A DNA stretch of 22,258 bases from Promethearchaeota archaeon. Its GTDB lineage: Archaea > Asgardarchaeota > Odinarchaeia > Odinarchaeales > JBHLKK01. A program made the position numbers and the translations under genes. The notes below the pieces were generated by a model that saw only the letters and a program-made list of their open reading frames with translations, did no database searches and had not been told where the DNA came from. Positions within the stretch are counted from its first letter, which is position 1. Each line of letters begins with the position of its first letter. This document shows, piece by piece, positions 15,452-22,258 of the stretch. The stretch is taken from the NCBI GenBank assembly GCA_048939465.1, contig JBHLPL010000021.1, positions 1 to 22,258 on the forward strand, written 5' to 3'.

Positions 15452-17209
15452 ATGAAACGGTTGGTTCATAAGGGCATCCGGGTTATTGATCTCCCCTCCT
15501 CCACAGGAATTGTGCTTCGCATCCGGGGCCAAGATTACGAACTCGATGCCCATCAGGAACAAATGGCAATGGCATTTGTTGCCAAACGACACCTTGGCTA
15601 CTGGGAAGACCTGATCTTTGTTCGCAACTTCTTGAAGGACTTCAGCAAGGCCTTGGGTGTCAAACCAGTCCTTAAGCCGCAAGAGCTTGACTTGGAAGAC
15701 TTCTTTCGCGAAGGCATTGCACGACGAGAACGTGAACAACAGCAAAAAGAGGCAATGACTAAAGAAGAGCGAAAAGCGCTGGCCGCGGAGCGTAAGGAAA
15801 TCCGTGAAGCCCTTCGCCAAGAATACGGGTATGCCGAAATCGATGATGAGCGTGTCGAAATCGCCAATTGGACAGCTGAACCCAGCTGCATCTTCATGGG
15901 ACGCGGCAAGCACCCCTTGCGGGGAAGGTGGAAGCCTGGACCAGAGCAGAAGGATATCACACTGAATCTGAGCCCGGATGTTCCCGTGCCGGGTGGGACA
16001 TGGGCTGGACGCGTCTGGCAGCCCGATAGCCTCTGGGTGGCTCGATGGGAAGACAAACTCTCGGGCAAAATCAAATACGTCTGGGTGTCCGATACTGCTT
16101 CAATTAAGCAGGATCGGGAAGCACAGAAGTTTGCAGTAGCCCAACAGCTCGCAAGACGCATCAAAGGCGTGCGACGAGCCATCAAGGATGACATGAATTC
16201 TAATCAGGAGAGACGACGAGAAATCGCTACGGCTTGTTTTCTAATTGATGTGTTGAGTCTCAGAGTGGGAGATGAAAAGGATCCAGATGAGGCTGATACC
16301 GTGGGTGCCACCACCCTTCGACCTGAACACGTTACCATCAAGGAAGATGGCTTCGTTGAGTTCCGTTTTCTCGGGAAGGACTCTGTGCCTTGGCATAAAA
16401 CCGTTGAACTCCCTCCTGAGGTCATTGAACAGCTGCAGGTTCTCATGGATAATGCCAGAGCAACGAGGCCAAGTAATCGCGGTGAACGCGGGCATCCGAG
16501 TCGAGACCTCCCCCAAATCTTCCCAGATGTCAAAAGCCGCGACGTCAATGCATACCTTTCCGAAATTATGCCGGGGCTTACCGCCAAAGTCTTCCGCACT
16601 CACCATGCTAGCAGTAGTGTTCGCACCTCCCTGAGCCACTCTAACGTGGAACCTGCTGACCCAAATTGGGTGAAGAAGGACTCTGCAAAGCGTGCGAATC
16701 TTGAAGCGGCGATTGTGTGTAATCACACCAAAAAAGCACCCAAGGGATGGGACACCCGATTACAACGGTTCCGGGAACGGCAAAAGAAGGCAAACGAACG
16801 TATTAGCAAGGCAAAACGTAATTTAGAAGATCGGCATTCCCGACTAAAAGAACTTGAAGCTAAACAGCAGGCAAAAATCGATCAGCTAAAGGAAAAGGGA
16901 AAACCCGTTCCGCGTGGCAAGAATCGACCCTACGCCGGATCAATTGCTACTGCTAAAAGAAGCGTGGAAACCGCCAAACACCGCCTTGCCCGTGCTAGGG
17001 AGGCCAAAACTAAGCTCGCCGCCCAAATCGATATCACCAAAAAAACCCGGACATGGAATCTTACAACGAGTCTCAAATCCTATATTGACCCGCGAATTTA
17101 CCGGGATTGGGGACATCAAGTCGAGTACGATTGGAAGGACTTTTACTCAAAAACCCTACAGCGCAGATTCGCCTGGATTGATAAGGAAGACGCCAGTGGT
17201 GAATGTTGA
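15452..17209 (+). CDS. top1: DNA topoisomerase IB, eukaryote/TACK type with coiled-coil linker
   Basis: Complete catalytic pentad: LSLRVGDEK (R), FLGKDS (K), AKVFRTHHAS (R), VCNH (H) and SLKSYIDPR (Y). Also FMGRGKHP and a long basic linker before the Tyr. Confidence 0.96.
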   Translation: MKRLVHKGIRVIDLPSSTGIVLRIRGQDYELDAHQEQMAMAFVAKRHLGYWEDLIFVRNFLKDFSKALGVKPVLKPQELDLEDFFREGIARREREQQQKEAMTKEERKALAAERKEIREALRQEYGYAEIDDERVEIANWTAEPSCIFMGRGKHPLRGRWKPGPEQKDITLNLSPDVPVPGGTWAGRVWQPDSLWVARWEDKLSGKIKYVWVSDTASIKQDREAQKFAVAQQLARRIKGVRRAIKDDMNSNQERRREIATACFLIDVLSLRVGDEKDPDEADTVGATTLRPEHVTIKEDGFVEFRFLGKDSVPWHKTVELPPEVIEQLQVLMDNARATRPSNRGERGHPSRDLPQIFPDVKSRDVNAYLSEIMPGLTAKVFRTHHASSSVRTSLSHSNVEPADPNWVKKDSAKRANLEAAIVCNHTKKAPKGWDTRLQRFRERQKKANERISKAKRNLEDRHSRLKELEAKQQAKIDQLKEKGKPVPRGKNRPYAGSIATAKRSVETAKHRLARAREAKTKLAAQIDITKKTRTWNLTTSLKSYIDPRIYRDWGHQVEYDWKDFYSKTLQRRFAWIDKEDASGEC

Positions 17210-17286
17210 TCAGCTTATTCTCACAGAGAAAGGTCTTTGAAAAGAAATCCAAAGGCAAAAAGACCGGAAGCAAAAAAGGGCCAAAA

Positions 17287-17955
17287 TCAACCTCTTATCC
17301 AGATGATCCTGTTTTCCTCCAGCACGTAGAAGCATCTTAAGCCGTACTCAACGGCTAGGCTGTACATTGCCAGCACCGAGAACCTGGAGCCGTCCGTTAC
17401 ATCGAAGATTATCTCATGCTCCCCTATCAGCTTATCGATAACGTCCTTTATCGCCTCATAAACACCGTCAAAGCTGTGGGAAACTATCCTCTTCGGAAGG
17501 TAAAGAAGCTCCACATCCTCTGTTATGCCTGCAACCTTCCCCTTCATGTCCTCGTCCGTTAAGAATATGTACTTTACAGGTTTTATTCTGCCTCTCCTGT
17601 CAAGAAATGCCCTCACGCTACGAATGACGCTCGGATCGTCAGTCAGCCCACCAATGTAGATTATGGGAGCCTTCATGCCAAGGAAGTTGCGCACACCCTG
17701 TATCTTCTCCGGTAGAATCTCTGCGTACTTTGCCTTCCACTCTCTCGTCCTCTTTATGAGACCTGCTTCCTCCAGCTGCTGCAAGTTGAAGTAAAGGCGA
17801 GCGTCAGAAACTGAGCCCATCTCGACGTTGAACTTTCGGGCTAAAGCGTGCCTTAACTGGAGACCGGTCTTGGTACCCTCGAGGAGCTCTTCTAAAAGGA
17901 TTCTTCTGGCTTCCACGCCTCCGATGGCCTTCTCTACTTCGTGGACAACTTCCAA
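17287..17955 (-). CDS. Winged-HTH (ArsR/PadR-like) + CARF domain transcriptional regulator
   Basis: N-terminal VSDARLYFNLQQLEEAGLIKR wHTH. C-terminal Rossmann-like order IIYIGG / KYIFLT / FDGVYEAIKDVI / IIFDVTDGSRFSVLAM / CFYV matches the CARF layout. Confidence 0.75.
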   Translation of the reverse strand: MEVVHEVEKAIGGVEARRILLEELLEGTKTGLQLRHALARKFNVEMGSVSDARLYFNLQQLEEAGLIKRTREWKAKYAEILPEKIQGVRNFLGMKAPIIYIGGLTDDPSVIRSVRAFLDRRGRIKPVKYIFLTDEDMKGKVAGITEDVELLYLPKRIVSHSFDGVYEAIKDVIDKLIGEHEIIFDVTDGSRFSVLAMYSLAVEYGLRCFYVLEENRIIWIRG

Positions 17956-18190
17956 TCATATGCCCCCGCTTTTGAACTCTGCTCTGTGGCATACGTTGGC
18001 ATCAACATCAACATCAGCACCGAAACAGGAAAATCGTACCAACACCGACGAAGTGCCAATCCAGACCTACATTATATATTACTTGTATATGAATCTTATT
18101 AGGAACACTAATAACCTTTGCGCCATTTTTTCGCAATCATCCTCATCATCTATATCACCAATAGAGATGATATCATTTGTAGATTTCATA

Positions 18191-18209
18191 ATTAAAAATG
18201 TTTATAAAC
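18191..18209 (+). promoter_or_regulatory. BRE+TATA (ATTAAAAATGTTTATAAAC) of actin
   Basis: TTTATAAA at 18201-18208 with an A-rich upstream element. GGGTGA RBS at 18281-18286. Confidence 0.6.
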
Positions 18210-18295
18210 TGTAGAGAAGACATAAATTATAAGAAAAAACTCAAACTCATTAGAGTAAATTGAGAAAATCACAAAAAAATGGGTGAAAAAATAAA

Positions 18296-19474
18296 ATGGC
18301 AGAAGAACAAGTAACAACCTCGGCTGCCCCACCAGCACCAGAAGAGCTGGTTACCGGGAAGCCTATTGTTGTTGACAACGGAACAGGACTTACAAAGAAC
18401 GGATATGCCGGCGAAGACAGACCAAGAAGCGTTTTTCCGACGATTATCGGGTATCCCAAGTACACATCGATTATGACAGATGTTGAGCACTACACCAGGG
18501 AGTACTACATCGGTGAGGAAGCCCTAGAACTTAGGGGCGTACTGAAACTCGTGTACCCTGTTGAGCACGGAATCATTAAAAGCTGGCCAGCCATGGAAAA
18601 AATCTGGCACTACACCTTCTATACCGATCTAAGGATTGATCCTGCGGAGCACCCCGTACTGCTGACGGAACCACCCTTAAATCCGAGGCCGAACAGAGAG
18701 AAGATGGCCGAAATCATGTTCGAGACTTTTAACGCCCCCGCTATATATGTGGCGATGCAGGCCGTGCTTTCTCTGTACGCGTCCGGAAGGACTACGGGAC
18801 TGGTTGTGGACTCTGGTGATGGTGTTACACACATTGTGCCAATCTATGAAGGGTTCGCTCTGACTCATGCGATAAAGAGGATCGACTTGGGTGGCAGGGA
18901 TATAACGGAGTATCTAAGAAGGCTACTGAGACAGAGAGGGTATACCCTGACTTCGAGTGCGGAAAGAGAGATCGTAAGGGATGTCAAGGAGAAGCTTTGC
19001 TACGTTGCGCTTGATCCTGAGAAGGAGCTTAAGCTTGCCCAGAAGGTTTCGGAGATGGAGAAAACGTATATGCTGCCCGATGGAGCCACGCTCACGGTGG
19101 GTGCTGAGAGGTTCTTGGCACCGGAGGTTTTCTTCAATCCTGGAGTGATTGGACTGGAATCGATGCCGATGGATGAATCAATCGTGGACACTATCAACAA
19201 GTGCGATGTGGATCTTAGAAGGGATCTTTACGGGAATATAGTGCTGTCTGGCGGTTCTACGATGTTTCCGGGCTTAAAAGAAAGGCTGACCAAAGAGATC
19301 AAGGAAATGATTCCTGAGAACGTTGACGTCAAGATCATTGCTCCTCCTGAGAGGATGTACTCTGTATGGATCGGTGGTTCAATCCTTGCGAGCTTGAAGA
19401 CCTTCCAGAAGCTTTGGGTGACCAGAAAGGAATATACCGAAGCAGGCAGTAGCGTGATACACCGTTGCTTTTAA
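18296..19474 (+). CDS. Eukaryote-like actin (Lokiactin-type)
   Basis: [77 protein letters not shown] and C-terminal HRCF. Confidence 0.97.
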   Translation: MAEEQVTTSAAPPAPEELVTGKPIVVDNGTGLTKNGYAGEDRPRSVFPTIIGYPKYTSIMTDVEHYTREYYIGEEALELRGVLKLVYPVEHGIIKSWPAMEKIWHYTFYTDLRIDPAEHPVLLTEPPLNPRPNREKMAEIMFETFNAPAIYVAMQAVLSLYASGRTTGLVVDSGDGVTHIVPIYEGFALTHAIKRIDLGGRDITEYLRRLLRQRGYTLTSSAEREIVRDVKEKLCYVALDPEKELKLAQKVSEMEKTYMLPDGATLTVGAERFLAPEVFFNPGVIGLESMPMDESIVDTINKCDVDLRRDLYGNIVLSGGSTMFPGLKERLTKEIKEMIPENVDVKIIAPPERMYSVWIGGSILASLKTFQKLWVTRKEYTEAGSSVIHRCF

Positions 19475-19490
19475 GTTAAATTCTCCCCTA

Positions 19491-19496
19491 TTTTTT
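19491..19496 (+). terminator. Oligo-T terminator candidate after actin
   Basis: T6 tract in the 33-nt gap between convergent stops. Confidence 0.45.
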
Positions 19497-19507
19497 ATAA
19501 TATTTGT

Positions 19508-20983
19508 TTAATTTATTAGATATCCTCTTTCGACTAAGCTTTTCTTTCTTTCGAACTCGAGAAACTTGTTCTTTTTTCTACCAATAAGAAACGGGCATAG
19601 ATTCTCCAATTTCTTTGCGTCTCTTACTACCTGTGAAATCCAGAGTGCATTTACATTTCTCGATTTGGTATAATAAGATACGGATCTGGGTCTTACCGAA
19701 ACCTTAAGTCCCCAGGATTCTATCATCGCTGCCTCATCTATTATCATTTTACTGGGGTTGTTCATGATTTCATCGATCAACTCAGGGATATACATTCGAG
19801 CTCTTTTGAATGTAAGACGGTAGCAAGTTGCACTTCTTTCGGGAAAGACCACAACCCTGCACCTATCCTTGTTCTTTAAAAACAATTGCTTCAGTCTTTC
19901 ATCAAGATCTAGTCTGACTCCTCTTACGTATTGTATGCTAAGCCTATGCCTTCCTTCTTTATAGCCATCCTTCTGAAGTGCAGAACTTCCTTCAGCTGTG
20001 AGTACGACTGACATCCATCTTTGTTGGAGTTCTTTCTTGGCTTTTTGAATCCATTGTGGTAGTGGTACGTTCTTCTCCACTTTGCTACCTTTTACAGCTC
20101 CAGCTCTCTGAAGTGTGATGTTTACGGGATAGCCATTGTATGAGTATGTGTAGATTATTGATCTTTTTCGAGGATATTCAGTAACAAAGCACTTGATGTC
20201 CCCAAACACTTGTTTGACGTCTTTATCGATAAGATCTAGAAACTCTCTATCTTTGCTCCCCATTGTGAATTGGTGTTTCCCAAGGGTCCCATCGGTGCTC
20301 CACCCAGCCAGTATATCCACTCCTGCCTGGTTACTCAGGTCAAAAGGAAGCTTCGGATTCCTTATTCCTCCTCCCGCAGTGTCTCCGATCCTTGTTATCC
20401 TAACCGGCGTATTGAAGAAGCGTTTGAGAGCCATAAAGGTCTTGATATTCTTCGATTTCATTTTCCTGAGGTTATGACGCTCTATCTTTTGGTCTTTAGG
20501 CAAGAACAGATTGAGCACTCTGGTGATGGCAGCTCCTGGCACCTCCATTTTAGACCATTCTTGTGCCTGTTTTATTGCTAGGTCTTCTAGTTTTGGCTGG
20601 GTTTCTAGGTGGAAGTCCTTATCTAAAAGGTCTTCCAGATCTGTGATGTATGGCGGATTTGCTGGTCTTGTTGGATTTCTAATATATTCTTTCAGGTACG
20701 CCCGTGTGCGAAAGCAGATTTTCGCCCCCCTCGTTCTCAGATCTCTTGGCATGTACGCTCTCCAGCTTCCGTTCTCGTAGTAAACGGAAAGATTTTCTCG
20801 TTCTGTGCCGCTGTCTATGAAGGGCTTTTCTCCCAACAGGAAAGCTTCTTTGGGTAGAGTTGCGTATCTTATTTTGGGATTGGGGTAGATTTCAGCCAGG
20901 GGAATCCAGACTATTTTCTCGGTAATATGAAGAACTTTACCTGATTTGTCTTTAAATGTCAGGACAGGAGGTTTGTTTTGCAT
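19508..20983 (-). CDS. Free-standing double-motif LAGLIDADG (DOD) endonuclease-like protein
   Basis: Motif 1 DILAGWSTDGTLG followed by FTMGSKDREFLD..VKQVFG; KNVPLPQWI; motif 2 WMSVVLTAEGS; C-terminal PFLIGRKKNKF. Confidence 0.8.
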   Translation of the reverse strand: MQNKPPVLTFKDKSGKVLHITEKIVWIPLAEIYPNPKIRYATLPKEAFLLGEKPFIDSGTERENLSVYYENGSWRAYMPRDLRTRGAKICFRTRAYLKEYIRNPTRPANPPYITDLEDLLDKDFHLETQPKLEDLAIKQAQEWSKMEVPGAAITRVLNLFLPKDQKIERHNLRKMKSKNIKTFMALKRFFNTPVRITRIGDTAGGGIRNPKLPFDLSNQAGVDILAGWSTDGTLGKHQFTMGSKDREFLDLIDKDVKQVFGDIKCFVTEYPRKRSIIYTYSYNGYPVNITLQRAGAVKGSKVEKNVPLPQWIQKAKKELQQRWMSVVLTAEGSSALQKDGYKEGRHRLSIQYVRGVRLDLDERLKQLFLKNKDRCRVVVFPERSATCYRLTFKRARMYIPELIDEIMNNPSKMIIDEAAMIESWGLKVSVRPRSVSYYTKSRNVNALWISQVVRDAKKLENLCPFLIGRKKNKFLEFERKKSLVERGYLIN

Positions 20984-21088
20984 GCGAATTTCCTGAGAGC
21001 TTTAACAGATGAAAAGAAGCTCTTAGATCAGTGGATAATGAGAATATTAAAACACCACAAAAGAGATTCTATATAGTTTACATCTATT

Positions 21089-22201
21089 CTAGAATTCTCC
21101 CATTTTGTCCCTTAGATAGAATAGCAAATCAGAGGCAAAGCTAAAGAACGGTTTTGCATTGGATTCTAATTCAGGAAATTCTTCTCTGATAAGCTCGTCT
21201 ATTCTTTGGGAAGTTGCTGGAAGGAACTCCAATGATTTTATTCTATCTTCTGTTCCTCTGTAGTAATACGATTTGATCATACCGCTCTGTAGCCGTCCAG
21301 GATCGGGTGAGTCCTTAGAAAAGAGTGTTAGGTTAAATATAGGTTGCATCCAATCTAGATATTTTTCTTTGGCCAAGGGAAACTTTGATACGAGTTCCCT
21401 TATTTCTTTGATTTCTTGTGAGATCCAACGTCGAACAGTGGATTCAGTTACAATCTCAGCGTCATATCCGCTTGTTCTCTGCTCCCTGTTGAATTCTTTT
21501 ACTTTTTGCTTAAGCTCAAGTGCTGCTGCAATGTAAGGGTGTGCCCATCCCTCATGTATTCTTCTATCCTTGGAGGTTCCACGAGTTATCTCAATGGTCC
21601 ATAACCTGGGAGAAGGAAGTTCAAAGAACTCTTTGAAAGTCTCATCGTTTGGCACTTCATCAACTTCTTTTAGCTCTACCTTATCTTCCTCGGATAAATA
21701 AAACCTCATCTTAACCATCTTTCCCTCTGGATAATAAAGAATTAGAACATTTTGGGGTTTCATCACATGTGGAATTGCCAAGATAAGCTTATTGAGTTTA
21801 TTCCTTATGATTTCTCTCCTAAACTTAACTAGATCCCTGTACCATGACTTTATTGCGTCAGAATCCTCATCGAACCGCTCAAAATAACGATTCCCAAGTT
21901 CTTTTCCAATTTCAGACTGAAATTTATCAATCGTTGTTATGAAAGGAAAGAACGGTATCTTTTGAAGTGGCAAGATCTCTAACGCAATGATTTCTATCCC
22001 TACCAGATTAAGCCTTTTTTCTATAGACATTATGTGCTTGACTATCTTTTCATAAGTCTCAATCTTGTCAGTTTCAGCTAGACAAGTAAATAAATGGTCA
22101 CCAACTCCAACTTTAACGAAGATCGCATCCTTTTGAGTGGCTCTTTTTGAAGAAATACGGGTTGAGAAGTTTCTTAAAAGCCATTTTTTGTATAGCTTCA
22201 A
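21089..22201 (-). CDS. Hypothetical protein (370 aa)
   Basis: Long ORF co-oriented with the LAGLIDADG gene. The TTG start is uncertain. TESTVRRWI looks like an HTH recognition helix. Confidence 0.7.
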   Translation of the reverse strand: MKLYKKWLLRNFSTRISSKRATQKDAIFVKVGVGDHLFTCLAETDKIETYEKIVKHIMSIEKRLNLVGIEIIALEILPLQKIPFFPFITTIDKFQSEIGKELGNRYFERFDEDSDAIKSWYRDLVKFRREIIRNKLNKLILAIPHVMKPQNVLILYYPEGKMVKMRFYLSEEDKVELKEVDEVPNDETFKEFFELPSPRLWTIEITRGTSKDRRIHEGWAHPYIAAALELKQKVKEFNREQRTSGYDAEIVTESTVRRWISQEIKEIRELVSKFPLAKEKYLDWMQPIFNLTLFSKDSPDPGRLQSGMIKSYYYRGTEDRIKSLEFLPATSQRIDELIREEFPELESNAKPFFSFASDLLFYLRDKMGEF

Positions 22202-22258
22202 TCACCGCTCAGCTAAATCACGCCTTTTATCTATACTGGTAGTAGTATAATTATGGGT

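Noticed and set aside
15404-17273. Long antisense and alternate-frame ORFs over TopIB
   Set aside because: Shadows of a GC-richer gene with few off-frame stops.
17804-18490. Small ORFs across the regulator-actin intergenic region
   Set aside because: They overlap real genes or promoter elements and have no RBS or motif support.
15452-19474. Functional link between TopIB and actin as a 'eukaryotic signature island'
   Set aside because: Only proximity supports it. They are in separate transcription units with very different codon usage.
19508-20983. Intein or group I/archaeal intron host for the LAGLIDADG domain
   Set aside because: No N-terminal Cys/Ser splice block, no terminal His-Asn plus nucleophile, no exteins and no flanking rRNA.

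Overview
Archaeal genomic window, most likely from an Asgard archaeon. The basis is a eukaryote-like (Lokiactin-type) actin, a eukaryote-type topoisomerase IB, GGTGA ribosome-binding sites, BRE/TATA promoters and oligo-T terminators; the lineage is inferred, not database-confirmed. The left half is mostly accessory redox and transport genes: NADH oxidase-like flavoprotein, F420-dependent LLM oxidoreductase, 5'-nucleotidase, NAD(P)H:quinone reductase, GyrI-like protein, TMEM165/GDT1, FTR1, ChrB and an MFS transporter. The right half holds a tandem pair of Zn-ribbon/PH-like paralogues, TopIB, a wHTH-CARF regulator divergent from actin, a free-standing LAGLIDADG protein and an orphan. Three signals are not explained by the ORF track. 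(1) A 300-bp ORF-less IS200/IS605 derivative at 1579-1878 looks like a self-promoted TnpB omega-RNA cassette, and its removal precisely restores the host gene's stop codon. (2) A pair of RBS-equipped micro-ORFs at 8274-8432 encodes one strongly acidic Trp-ended peptide and one poly-Lys peptide. (3) A CARF-domain transcription factor with inverted domain order shares a divergent promoter region with actin, with no CRISPR locus in view. No rRNA, tRNA or CRISPR array was recognised. All family assignments come from motif recognition by eye; no searches were run.
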